This document shows, piece by piece, positions 35,404-44,588 of a stretch of DNA of 53,271 bases. Source of the DNA: a virus (lineage: Duplodnaviria; Caudoviricetes); IMG/VR virus record IMGVR_UViG_3300034374_002820, positions 1 to 53,271 of that record; one strand, given 5' to 3'. The stretch's first letter is position 1, and each line of letters starts with the position of its first letter. The position numbers were made by a program, and so were the translations under genes. The notes below the pieces were generated by a model, which had not been told where the DNA came from, searched no databases, and was given only the letters and a program-made list of their open reading frames with translations.

Positions 35404-36366
35404 ATGTCCGAAGAAAACGAAGACGGTTGGTCAACCATCAACACCAGCCCCGACAATAAGAAAGAAGCCCCCCCTGTAATTGAATTCGAAGATAGCGAGG
35501 GTGATACTGTTGCCGCCCCAGAATCTCAGGTTGATCTTGAGATTGTGCAAGAAGAACAGAGCAACGAAAAGGAATCACAGGAGCCCGAAGAACTACAGGG
35601 CATCAACACCAAGGGTGCTGAGAAAAGAATCAGAAAACTGGTGGCACAGCGAAAAGAACGTGATGAACAGCTCACGCTTGCCTTGGATAAGATCAGGTAT
35701 CTTGAAAACGCTTTGTCCGACAAGGACAAGAACATCACTGATTATCAAAGACAGTCCATTGATTCAAAGAAGGAAGAGATCCAGCGCCGTGTAGAAACGG
35801 CAAAAGCATCTTTCTCCCGGGCCTTTGACGACGGAGACAAGGACACTCTTGTAAAGTCGCAGTCTGATCTATCAGAAGCTCAGGCTGAACTCAAGATGCT
35901 TGAGTACGCCATTCTAATGAACCCGCCAACGGCATCTGGTCGTGTAAAGGAACAGCAGTCTGTACAATACTCACCACAGAAGCCGTTAGATGAGGGTGCA
36001 GTTGAATGGGCAGAGAAGAACGCTTGGTTTGGCAAGGACAAGATTGGTACAACCATCGCCTTGGCCATGGATCAGACTCTGAAAGAAGAAGGCTTTGATC
36101 CAAGAGATGACGAGTTTTACGAGGAGCTGGACAAGAGATTGTCAACAGAGCTTCCCCCAAGACTTCGTCCTAGTGGTGGGGACGTAAAAACTAACACCCA
36201 AGTAGTAGCAGGTCAATCACGCAGACAGGCAACCTCAAATAAGGTAAGACTCACACAAGCTGATGTTAGTCTTGCCAAGAAATGGGGCCTTACTCTTGAA
36301 AGGTATGCAGCCGAAAAGAAGAAAGCAGAGCGATCTGCCGGTGACTATACCTTGATTAACGGATAG
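35404..36366 (+). CDS. Capsid scaffolding protein
   Basis: Acidic N-terminus, long coiled coil, WAEKNAWFG, C-terminal LAKKWGLTLERYA; precedes capsid genes. Confidence 0.7.
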   Translation: MSEENEDGWSTINTSPDNKKEAPPVIEFEDSEGDTVAAPESQVDLEIVQEEQSNEKESQEPEELQGINTKGAEKRIRKLVAQRKERDEQLTLALDKIRYLENALSDKDKNITDYQRQSIDSKKEEIQRRVETAKASFSRAFDDGDKDTLVKSQSDLSEAQAELKMLEYAILMNPPTASGRVKEQQSVQYSPQKPLDEGAVEWAEKNAWFGKDKIGTTIALAMDQTLKEEGFDPRDDEFYEELDKRLSTELPPRLRPSGGDVKTNTQVVAGQSRRQATSNKVRLTQADVSLAKKWGLTLERYAAEKKKAERSAGDYTLING

Positions 36367-36383
36367 CGTGGGAGAGACACAAC

Positions 36384-36875
36384 ATGGCACGAGTACTAGA
36401 GAAGAAATCAAGAACCGATAGCGAGCGAGACAGGGATTCACGTCAACATACAAAAGAGCGTCCCAACTGGCTAGACATCCCGGAGCACGTGATCAACACA
36501 TTTGATGACAAAGGCTTTGCCCTCAAGTGGGTCCGGATCTCAGTCAGAGGCGAAGAGGACACCAAGAACATCGGTGTCCGCCTTAACGAAGGTTGGGAAT
36601 TTGTGACGGAAGAAGAATGCCCTGAAATGGCTCGTAATTTCAAAGGTCTTGATCACGGTCGCCTTTCTGGTTGTATTATTCGTGGGGATGTAGCCCTTGC
36701 AAAAATGTCCCACGATCTGAGAGAAGACCGACTTTTTAGAGCCCACGAACGTACAAGAATGCTCAATGAAGCTGTTAATAACAGCCTCATGCGGGATAAC
36801 GATTCACGGGCTCCTATTACTAATGCAAGCAAATCAAGGGCAAGGACAGGCAGGTCCGCTCATTTCGATGGGTAA
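36384..36875 (+). CDS. Conserved head-module protein
   Basis: WVRIS..GEEDTKN...RL.EGWEFV motif; between scaffold and capsid genes. Confidence 0.65.
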   Translation: MARVLEKKSRTDSERDRDSRQHTKERPNWLDIPEHVINTFDDKGFALKWVRISVRGEEDTKNIGVRLNEGWEFVTEEECPEMARNFKGLDHGRLSGCIIRGDVALAKMSHDLREDRLFRAHERTRMLNEAVNNSLMRDNDSRAPITNASKSRARTGRSAHFDG

Positions 36876-36911
36876 GACACTGCCACTCAGAGCTATCAAG
36901 GAGGAAATTTA

Positions 36912-37490
36912 ATGGCTTTGAATAAAGGTTTAAATGGCCTAGTCCCTGCTAGAATGCGAGGCTCGGGTGCCAACTCAGGTGGCACCACCCGCTATCGTAT
37001 TGCCAATGCTTTCGGTTCAAGCATCTTCTCAGGAGATATCGTAAAGCTAGGCTCAACAGGAACTGTTGAGGTCATCACCACGACTACTGATCACGTTCTC
37101 GGAACCTTCCAAGGTTGCGAATACGTTGATCCCGTTAGCAAGCAGCCAATTTTTGGCAAGTATTGGCCAGCCAGTACATCGTCTGTTGACGGAACCCCCT
37201 ATGCTATCGTCAATGACGATCCAGCATCCACTTACATCATTCAGGCTGACGCCACTGTCACCCTCGCTGATGTGGGTATTAACTACACCGTCACACTAGG
37301 TGCGGGCTCAACCCTGACTGGCCGTTCTGGCTTTGGTCTAAAGGTTGCTGGCCGTGCTACTGCTTCTGCAATGCTACAGGTAATCGGGCTTTCTAATGTC
37401 CCCGATAACGCCTTTGGCGATGCGAATCCAAAAGTTGAAGTCCGTCTCGTCCAGCATGTCGATTCTTACACTTCAGCAGCACAAAGCTAA
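36912..37490 (+). CDS. Putative capsid decoration/minor capsid protein
   Basis: Beta-rich Gly/Ala/Thr protein (IFSGD.V, G.FQGCEY.D, VNDDP) with strong RBS directly upstream of the major capsid gene. Confidence 0.65.
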   Translation: MALNKGLNGLVPARMRGSGANSGGTTRYRIANAFGSSIFSGDIVKLGSTGTVEVITTTTDHVLGTFQGCEYVDPVSKQPIFGKYWPASTSSVDGTPYAIVNDDPASTYIIQADATVTLADVGINYTVTLGAGSTLTGRSGFGLKVAGRATASAMLQVIGLSNVPDNAFGDANPKVEVRLVQHVDSYTSAAQS

Positions 37491-37504
37491 GGGAGGTTTA
37501 GAAC

Positions 37505-38410
37505 ATGGCTATTAATCGTGCGGATATCGCCAAGCAACTCCTTCCCGGCCTGAATGCAATTTTCGGTCTAGAGTATGCAGCCGTTGATGAAGAGCATAGT
37601 CCTCTATTCGACATGGAAAACTCTGATCGTGCATTTGAGGAAGAAGTGCTTATGACTGGCTTTGGCGCAGCCCCAACTAAAGCTGAAGGTGCAGCAGTTG
37701 TTTATGATACCGCTCAGGAATCATGGACTTCCCGCTACACCGCTGAGACTGTTGCCCTTGCTTTCGCCGTCACGGAAGAAGCAATGGAAGACAATCTCTA
37801 TGACACGTTCGCAAAGGTCAGGGCTCGTGCCTTGGCCCGGGCAATGGCTCAGACCAAGCAGGTCAAGGCCGCTAACGTGTACAACAACGGTTTCACTGCT
37901 GGCTATGTCGGTGGTGATGGTGTCGTGCTGTTCTCAGCCGCCCATCCCACTGTCGGCGATGGCAATCAGTCAAACCTAGAGACTGCCGCTGATCTATCAG
38001 AAGGCACCCTCGAAACCGCAATCATCAACACTCATAAGATCAAGGATGATCGTGGTATCTTCATCGGTGCTTCACCAGTCTCACTCCATGTGGCCCCGGA
38101 TGGCCAGTTCGATGCAGATCGAATTCTTGCTTCTCCGGGTCGGTCCAACACAGATTTGAACGACATCAACGCCGTTCGTAATCTGGGCCTTGTTCCAAAT
38201 GGTTACTATGTCAACCGTCGTTTCACCGACGCAGACGCATGGTTCCTGCGGAACGACTGTCCCAATGGTACAAAGATGTTCATGCGAGCACCTCTTGCCA
38301 CGAAGATGGAGCCAGACTTTGACACCGGTAACCTTCGCTTCAAGGCCCGTGAGCGTTATAGCTTTGGCTGGAGTGACTGGCGTCAGTGGCGAGGCAACCC
38401 GGGCGTCTAA
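37505..38410 (+). CDS. Major capsid protein
   Basis: AINRA.IAKQLLPGLNAIFGLEY, SDRAFEEEV, TEEAMEDNLY, DFDTGNLRFKARERYSFGWSDWR; strong GGAGG RBS, followed by a terminator. Confidence 0.9.
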   Translation: MAINRADIAKQLLPGLNAIFGLEYAAVDEEHSPLFDMENSDRAFEEEVLMTGFGAAPTKAEGAAVVYDTAQESWTSRYTAETVALAFAVTEEAMEDNLYDTFAKVRARALARAMAQTKQVKAANVYNNGFTAGYVGGDGVVLFSAAHPTVGDGNQSNLETAADLSEGTLETAIINTHKIKDDRGIFIGASPVSLHVAPDGQFDADRILASPGRSNTDLNDINAVRNLGLVPNGYYVNRRFTDADAWFLRNDCPNGTKMFMRAPLATKMEPDFDTGNLRFKARERYSFGWSDWRQWRGNPGV

Positions 38411-38442
38411 AAGACCCTTGTTAAATCTCGTACACTAAGATT

Positions 38443-38475
38443 AGGGGGAATTCCAGTTGGAGTTCCCCCTTTTTC
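38443..38475 (+). terminator. Intrinsic terminator after the major capsid gene
   Basis: agggggaattcca-gt-tggagttccccct followed by a T tract. Confidence 0.8.
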
Positions 38476-38543
38476 TATTTATAATTAGCTTAGATCATCG
38501 ACATAATCATCGTCATATGTCGATAAAAAAAGGATTGTTAGAT

Positions 38544-38828
38544 ATGTCAACAAATGTAAAGGCTTATTTTGTTTCCGCTTCAACAACTCTGACCAATTCC
38601 GGTGGACGCCTCCACGGTGTTAACTTTGTCGGACATGGTGCAGGCGGAGATATAGCCAAGGTTATTATGAGAGAAGGGGCCAGCACCACTGGTAATATTG
38701 TTCTAGTTCTTGGTGCAAAAAATAATGATGTAAACGACATTTATATTGCTGAGCATGGTATCCGATTTGATGGCGGTCTCTACGTAGAAATGCCCACCTC
38801 CGCTCATGCAACAATTCTGGTAGGATAA
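38544..38828 (+). CDS. Small virion protein, paralog A (94 aa)
   Basis: Start reassigned to MSTNVK (AAGGA RBS); aligns end to end with the next gene. Confidence 0.75.
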   Translation: MSTNVKAYFVSASTTLTNSGGRLHGVNFVGHGAGGDIAKVIMREGASTTGNIVLVLGAKNNDVNDIYIAEHGIRFDGGLYVEMPTSAHATILVG

Positions 38829-38830
38829 AA

Positions 38831-39115
38831 ATGTCAACAAACCTTAAATATTATGCTGTTTCGGTATCTCAGACAGTCACAAAGGCTGGGGGCAGACTTC
38901 GTTTCATTGACTTTGTAACCCCTTCGGGCCAGACTTCAGCCCAAGTTCTGATTTTAAGAGAAGGGGCCAGCCCAACTGGTAATATTGTTTTTAAGATGTT
39001 TGCCAATAGCGGTTCCCGCAATGATGTTTTTATGGCAGATCATGGTATCCGATTTAATGATGGCCTCTACGTAGAGATGCCTACATCAGCCAATGCAACA
39101 ATTCTGGTGGGCTAA
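38831..39115 (+). CDS. Small virion protein, paralog B (94 aa)
   Basis: Shares GGRL, REGAS.TGNIV, HGIRF..GLYVEMPTSA.ATILVG with paralog A. Confidence 0.75.
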   Translation: MSTNLKYYAVSVSQTVTKAGGRLRFIDFVTPSGQTSAQVLILREGASPTGNIVFKMFANSGSRNDVFMADHGIRFNDGLYVEMPTSANATILVG

Positions 39116-39396
39116 TGGCAAAAATGCCCAGCCTTTCAGTTAAACGTGGAGAAAAATTACCCACTTCCAAAGGTGCGGGTCTGACAAAAAAGGGCGTGGC
39201 AAAGTACCGCCGTGCCAACCCCGGGTCTAAACTTAAAACTGCGGTGACTGAAAAGAAACCCAGTGGATCACGGGCAAAACGAAGAAAAAGCTACTGCGCA
39301 AGATCTGAGGGTCAGAAGAAAATGCACAACATTGACTGCTCAAAAACCCCTAAGAAAAGAATCTGTGCAGCCAGAAAAAGATGGAGATGCAACTAA
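39115..39396 (+). CDS. Lys/Arg-rich conserved phage protein (DUF6321-like)
   Basis: GAGLT.KG...Y...NPGSKLK, RRKSYCAR, RW.C motifs. Confidence 0.65.
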   Translation: MAKMPSLSVKRGEKLPTSKGAGLTKKGVAKYRRANPGSKLKTAVTEKKPSGSRAKRRKSYCARSEGQKKMHNIDCSKTPKKRICAARKRWRCN

Positions 39397-39776
39397 TGAG
39401 TATGCCTATGATCACAGTCATTATCGAAAACGGACCAGAACAGTATGAAGAACAGGAAATTGAAATCTCTTGCCCCACGGCAACCCAAGATGAGACCCTA
39501 AACGAAGCCAATAAAGAAGCTGCTATTCAGGATCATTCTTACGGACCCACAGACATCTCTGATAAGCGATGTGGAAACTGTGGTTACTTTAACATGACCA
39601 AGGCAATGCTCGATTGTATCGGCGACACTGAAGAAGACGTTGGCTACTGTCAACTGTTTCACTTTAGTTGTCTCGCAAAAAACGTATGTGATTCTTGGAT
39701 GAAGGGTGGTCCAATCATTGACCACATTGAGGAACCACAGGATGACGAAACAATGCTAGGCAAAAGGTTTATCTAA
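39396..39776 (+). CDS. Cys-rich acidic protein (HiPIP-like Cys pattern)
   Basis: CPTATQD, YGP, CGNCGYF, GYC..FHF.C....VCDSW. Confidence 0.6.
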   Translation: MSMPMITVIIENGPEQYEEQEIEISCPTATQDETLNEANKEAAIQDHSYGPTDISDKRCGNCGYFNMTKAMLDCIGDTEEDVGYCQLFHFSCLAKNVCDSWMKGGPIIDHIEEPQDDETMLGKRFI

Positions 39777-39783
39777 CACCACC

Positions 39784-40035
39784 ATGTCAGTAATATCTAG
39801 ATCCAGCGTATCAAAGCAGCTAGTCTCTGGAAAGAGGAAGAAGCCCTCTTATAAAAAAGGCGGTCCTGTCTCTCGTGTGAACGAGGCAGGCAACTATACA
39901 AAACCGGGAATGCGTAAGAAAATTTTTGAAAGAATAAAAGCCGGTAACAAGGGCGGACGTTCAGGACAGTGGTCCGCAAGAAAAGCTCAGATGCTGGCCC
40001 GACAATATAAAAAGGAAGGCGGGGGCTACAAGTAA
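39784..40035 (+). CDS. Basic conserved phage protein (DUF5872-like, first part)
   Basis: NYTKP, GQWSARKAQML...YK..GGGY; contains YKKGGPV. Confidence 0.7.
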   Translation: MSVISRSSVSKQLVSGKRKKPSYKKGGPVSRVNEAGNYTKPGMRKKIFERIKAGNKGGRSGQWSARKAQMLARQYKKEGGGYK

Positions 40036-40292
40036 TGCCTCTTAAAAAATCTCAAAGGAGTTTAAAGAACTGGACGAAACAGAACTGGCGAACAAAATCT
40101 GGTAAGCCTTCGACACAAGGTGCAGACGCAACCGGGGAAAGATATCTCCCCGAGAAAGCTATTAAGTCTCTTAGTTCCTCTGAGTATGCTGCAACCACTC
40201 GGGCAAAGCGAAAGGGAACAAAAGCAGGAAAACAAGTGGTCAAACAACCAAGACGTATAGCAGAAAAAACAGCTAGATTTAGAAAGGCATAA
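40035..40292 (+). CDS. Basic conserved phage protein (DUF5872-like, second part)
   Basis: SQRSL..WTKQ.W.TKSG, ERYLP.KA, KQ.VKQP. Confidence 0.7.
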   Translation: MPLKKSQRSLKNWTKQNWRTKSGKPSTQGADATGERYLPEKAIKSLSSSEYAATTRAKRKGTKAGKQVVKQPRRIAEKTARFRKA

Positions 40293-40299
40293 TACCATC

Positions 40300-40974
40300 A
40301 TGACAACATCAGGAACTACCACATTCAACATGGACATCGATGAGATTATCGATGAAGCCTTGGACATGATCGGTGGCGAATCAGATCTCGGTAAAGAGCC
40401 CAGATCAGCCCGACGCAGTCTAAACCTGATTCTCACGGACTGGCAGAACCGTGGCATCCTCCTATGGAAGACCGGGCTCGGAACCACGACCACCGTTGAA
40501 GGCCAGACGAGCTACGATCTTGATCAGAACATCATCGACATCACCGAAGCCTCGATCAGACGCTCCGGCACGGACATCGAACTAACCAGAATTTCCATGG
40601 ACAACTACCAAGAGCTTCCAAACAAGAGCACACAAGGAAGACCAACCCAGTACGCTGTCCATAGAAAGCGTGACAACATCGAGGTCTATCTATGGCCTGT
40701 CCCGGAAAATTCCACGGACGTTTTCAGATACTGGAACGTCAGCAGATACGAAGACTTCACAAAGTCCGTGGACACCGCCGACGTGCCTTTCCGTTTTCTC
40801 CCGTGTCTTATTTACGCCTTGGCCTACTATATGTCGATCAAGCGCCCCGGTGTACCCGGTGACAGGGTTGCTTTCTTAAAGCAAGTTTATGAAGAAGCCC
40901 TGCAGAACGCCATGCAAGAGGACAGACAACGTGCCCCATTCAGGGCCATCCCACGTTTCAGGGTCGTGGTCTAA
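40300..40974 (+). CDS. Head-tail adaptor-like virion protein
   Basis: TTSGT..F..DIDEII.EA, ARRSLNL...W.NRG, PNK..QGRP.Q, LWPVP, PFRFLPCL..LAYY. Confidence 0.7.
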   Translation: MTTSGTTTFNMDIDEIIDEALDMIGGESDLGKEPRSARRSLNLILTDWQNRGILLWKTGLGTTTTVEGQTSYDLDQNIIDITEASIRRSGTDIELTRISMDNYQELPNKSTQGRPTQYAVHRKRDNIEVYLWPVPENSTDVFRYWNVSRYEDFTKSVDTADVPFRFLPCLIYALAYYMSIKRPGVPGDRVAFLKQVYEEALQNAMQEDRQRAPFRAIPRFRVVV

Positions 40975-41309
40975 TGGTATCTAGCAGAAAATCCCCATGG
41001 TTCATCAGCGACAGATCCGGTTTCAGGTTCCCCTATGATCAGCGGGTAAAGGAGCAGGGCACTGGAATGGTTGTCCACTTCTCAGAAAGCGATGGCGCTT
41101 TTGATCTCAAGAACCATCCACAAAACCAAGCACCACGTATTGGACCAACCCGTATTCTCAGGGATGCCCGGACTGAGACACCTGTTTCTGTTAACCCACT
41201 TGTATGGAATCCATCAATGACAACGTTTGTCTCAAATCTTAACATAGTGGTATCATTAAGCAGAATCACGGGCTCAGTGCAGTGTGGTACTGTAACCATC
41301 GGGAGTTAA
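40974..41309 (+). CDS. Conserved virion-module hypothetical protein
   Basis: ISDRSGFRFPY, KNHPQ motifs; TAATG-coupled. Confidence 0.65.
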   Translation: MVSSRKSPWFISDRSGFRFPYDQRVKEQGTGMVVHFSESDGAFDLKNHPQNQAPRIGPTRILRDARTETPVSVNPLVWNPSMTTFVSNLNIVVSLSRITGSVQCGTVTIGS

Positions 41310-41317
41310 AACTAATC

Positions 41318-41737
41318 ATGGCTATCTCACAGGGAATGAGCATCTCTTTCAAGAAACAGGTTCTATTGGGCGATCAGGATTTTGACGCCGATACTTTCAA
41401 GCTCGCTTTATTCACAGACACTGCTTCTTTAAGCTCTGGCACCGCAACCTACAGTACTTCAGCAGAAGTCAGTGGTATTGGTTACACAGCAGGCGGAAAC
41501 ATCTTAACCATTGTTGATGTTACAGTAGATGGATCTGTAGGAATTGTTGATGTAAGCAATACGGCATGGACCACTGCAACCTTCACTGCCCGAGGCGGCC
41601 TGATCTATAACTCGTCCAAGTCAAATTCAACAGTTGCAGTCCTAGATTTCGGTGGTAACAAGTCTGTAGAAAATGGCACCTTCACAATCCAATTCCCAGC
41701 CGCTGCTGCTGCCACAGCCATTATCCGACTAGTATAA
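41318..41737 (+). CDS. Virion structural protein (tail/fibre-associated)
   Basis: SFK...L.G..DF..DTFKLALFT, GYTAGG, TARG.LIYN, VLDFGG.K, FTIQFP; start at ATG 41318. Confidence 0.7.
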   Translation: MAISQGMSISFKKQVLLGDQDFDADTFKLALFTDTASLSSGTATYSTSAEVSGIGYTAGGNILTIVDVTVDGSVGIVDVSNTAWTTATFTARGGLIYNSSKSNSTVAVLDFGGNKSVENGTFTIQFPAAAAATAIIRLV

Positions 41738-41755
41738 AAAGGGAGTCTGGCAAGC

Positions 41756-43369
41756 ATGGCTCTCGTTGTCAAAGACAGAGTAAAGCAAGATACGACAACC
41801 ACAGGAACGGGCTCTGTTACGCTCAGTGGTTCGTATACGGGCTTTGATACTTTTTCTGCAATTGGTAATGCCAATACCACATACTATGTAATCTCAGACA
41901 GTGGCTCTGGTGACTGGGAAGTGGGCCTCGGTACCTATACCGCATCAGGCACCGTACTCTCACGTGACACTATCTTGGCTTCCTCGAACAGTGGGTCTGT
42001 GGTCAATCTGGCAGCAGGGACCAAGGTTGTCTTCTGTGGATATCCCGCCGGAAAATCTGTCTACCTAGATGCCTCTGGTAACCTTGGTATTGCTGGGACT
42101 GTCTCAGCAACAAATATCACCGGTGCCACGGTAACTGCAACGTCCAAGATTCATACTCCTGCAATCTCGGTCACAAATGTCTCAGCCACAAATATCTTTG
42201 CGTCTACAAAGATCCATACCCCAGTCCTCTCTGCGACTAATATCATCGCAGGTACTGTCACAGCCACATCGATCCATACCCCGTCACTCTCCGTGACGGA
42301 CTTCATCGCTGCGACAATCACAGCAACGTCCAAGATCCATACCCCTGCGATCTCGGTCACAAACGTCTCAGCCACAAATATCTTTGCGTCTACAAAGATC
42401 CATACCCCAGTCCTCTCTGCAACTAATATCATCGCAGGTACGGTTACAGCTACCTCGATTCATACGCCATCCCTATCTGTGACGAACTTTAATGCTGCGA
42501 CAATCACAGCAACGTCCAAGATCCACACTCCTGCGATCTCGGTCACAAACGTCTCAGCAACTAATATCTTTGCATCAACAAAGATTCATACAGCAGCATT
42601 ATCAGCAACAAACATCGTAGCAGGTACGGTTACAGCTACCTCGATCCACACACCAGCCTTATCTGTGACGAACTTTAATGCTGCGACGATCACTGCCACA
42701 TCTAACATTCACACTCCGGCTTTGAGCGCCACAAATATCCTAGCGGCAACAATCACGGCCACAACAAAGATACATACCCCCGCCCTCTCTGCGACTAACA
42801 TCACCGCAGGTAGCGTGACAGCGACCTCAATCCATACGCCGTTACTCTCTGTGACAAACTTTATTGCAGCAACAATAACGGCAACGTCGAACATTCATAC
42901 CCCAGACCTGTCGGCCACGAACATTATTGCTGCAACCATTACTGCAACCACAAATATCCATACCGTGGCTCTCTCTGCCACAAACATTGTTGCCACCTCA
43001 ATTGACACAGATGTAGTTTTTGCAATCTCTGGTCAATACGGGGACGAACTTGATTCGGGATTCACACCAGTATTTCTTGTGCTCGATTCCCCCTTTACTT
43101 TCACAGTAAATACGTTTTCAAGAAAACTGTCAGCCGGGGCAATCGTGGCCTCTGTTGTTATTGCAACCAGCGCCGCCGGTACAGAGACCACTGTCACAGG
43201 TCTGAATGCCTTGGCAGTCGGTACAACACAAGCAATTACAACAGCCACAGGCAACAACATAGTTTCCGTGGGTAACGCTCTCGCATTCAAACTAACCGGG
43301 GTTGCGGCAACAGACAGAAACTTCTCATTCACCCTAAAGTGTACCCGTAATAATTTTAGTGGGGCGTAA
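41756..43369 (+). CDS. Fibre protein with Thr/Ser-rich repeats
   Basis: N-terminal LVVKDRVK.TTTTGTG...WEVGLGTY...LSRDTILASSN attachment domain followed by 14 IHT-containing repeats. Confidence 0.75.
   Translation: MALVVKDRVKQDTTTTGTGSVTLSGSYTGFDTFSAIGNANTTYYVISDSGSGDWEVGLGTYTASGTVLSRDTILASSNSGSVVNLAAGTKVVFCGYPAGKSVYLDASGNLGIAGTVSATNITGATVTATSKIHTPAISVTNVSATNIFASTKIHTPVLSATNIIAGTVTATSIHTPSLSVTDFIAATITATSKIHTPAISVTNVSATNIFASTKIHTPVLSATNIIAGTVTATSIHTPSLSVTNFNAATITATSKIHTPAISVTNVSATNIFASTKIHTAALSATNIVAGTVTATSIHTPALSVTNFNAATITATSNIHTPALSATNILAATITATTKIHTPALSATNITAGSVTATSIHTPLLSVTNFIAATITATSNIHTPDLSATNIIAATITATTNIHTVALSATNIVATSIDTDVVFAISGQYGDELDSGFTPVFLVLDSPFTFTVNTFSRKLSAGAIVASVVIATSAAGTETTVTGLNALAVGTTQAITTATGNNIVSVGNALAFKLTGVAATDRNFSFTLKCTRNNFSGA
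42130..43000 (+). repeat. Hierarchical coding repeat (20-21 aa units in a 186-bp super-repeat)
   Basis: tccaagat(t/c)ca..c.cctgc.atctcggtcacaaa recurs at ~42143, 42329 and 42515. Confidence 0.85.
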
Positions 43370-43378
43370 GATCCCACC

Positions 43379-43873
43379 ATGACTTTTTCCACCGCCCCCT
43401 TTTCCCAGATACCTTTCTCATCTTCGATCAGAACGATTGATGTAGCGGTTCCGGTCACCGGTGTATCAGCAACCTTTCAACTAGGTTCTGTTGTTGCTGG
43501 CGCAGAAATAAAACTCAATGTATCAGGTGCCTCTGCCACATTTGAACTAGGCACACCCAGTTTTACCACAGACTCAAATATCTCTGTCACCGGGATCACG
43601 GGCACATTCTCAGTAGGCACTGTCACACCTTCGATTGATCATGTCCATAATGTATCAGGGGTCGCAGGTACATTTGAAGTTGGCACCGCCGGGTTTAGTA
43701 TTAACGCAGATATCCCCGTTACCGGAGTTACAGGCACATTTGAAGTTGGTAAGATTTTCTTCTGGTTCCCTGTACCTGATGTAACCACTAGCTGGACCAC
43801 GGTTTCCCAGACATCAACCACATGGACCCTGACTTCTGACGTATCTACTACATGGGAATCTATAGCTGCCTAG
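43379..43873 (+). CDS. Tail/fibre-associated beta-repeat protein
   Basis: FSTAPFS..PFS N-terminus; repeated V(T/S)GV..TFE(V/L)G units; W-T-rich tail. Confidence 0.65.
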   Translation: MTFSTAPFSQIPFSSSIRTIDVAVPVTGVSATFQLGSVVAGAEIKLNVSGASATFELGTPSFTTDSNISVTGITGTFSVGTVTPSIDHVHNVSGVAGTFEVGTAGFSINADIPVTGVTGTFEVGKIFFWFPVPDVTTSWTTVSQTSTTWTLTSDVSTTWESIAA

Positions 43874-43924
43874 TGCTGCAAGAGCTAATTGGCTCATATT
43901 AATAATATATGATAGGATCATCGT

Positions 43925-44584
43925 ATGCCTGTAACAACTTATTCATCCCTTGTAACCCAGATTCAAGAAACTGCGGAAAACACAGGTTCCGAGTTTGTTG
44001 ACTCTATCCCTAATTTTATCTCACGTACAGAGAATAGACTGACACGTGATGTAGACTTACTAGGTTTGACAAGTTTTGCCACAACAAACTTTGTCGTCTC
44101 GACCCCTGTTTACCAGAAGCCACCGAACGCATTGATTGTAAAAAACTTGACGATCACCAGCAACGGCTCCCGAATTAATCTGGTCATGAAGACCAAAGAA
44201 TATCTAAATGATTACTGGCCAGACCGTACCTCGGTAGGGGAACCCAGATATTATGCAAACTACGGTAACGAACTCTTGATCGCACCGGCTCCTGCATCAG
44301 CATATCCCGTTGAAATTTCATATGTGGTCGAGCCAACCGCTTTAGCTTCGTCAACACAGGAAACAAACTATTTCACACAGTACTGCTCAAACGCCCTATA
44401 CTACGGTTCCATGGTTGAGGCAACCTTATTCATGAAGAACCCAACCGCCGCAACCATGTGGGAAAGTTTTTATCAACGAGAACTTGAGGGTCTGAACAAC
44501 GAGGCACGTAGATCCCGTAGGGACAGCATGGCCATGCCAGCAAGTCCAGCCGGTGGCCCTAACACTTTAACAGGAAGTAACTAA
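43925..44584 (+). CDS. Tail tubular/adaptor protein
   Basis: TYSSL...IQ...EN, FI...ENRL.R, G.PRYYA, APAP, LYYGS.VEA. Confidence 0.7.
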   Translation: MPVTTYSSLVTQIQETAENTGSEFVDSIPNFISRTENRLTRDVDLLGLTSFATTNFVVSTPVYQKPPNALIVKNLTITSNGSRINLVMKTKEYLNDYWPDRTSVGEPRYYANYGNELLIAPAPASAYPVEISYVVEPTALASSTQETNYFTQYCSNALYYGSMVEATLFMKNPTAATMWESFYQRELEGLNNEARRSRRDSMAMPASPAGGPNTLTGSN

Positions 44585-44588
44585 CACC

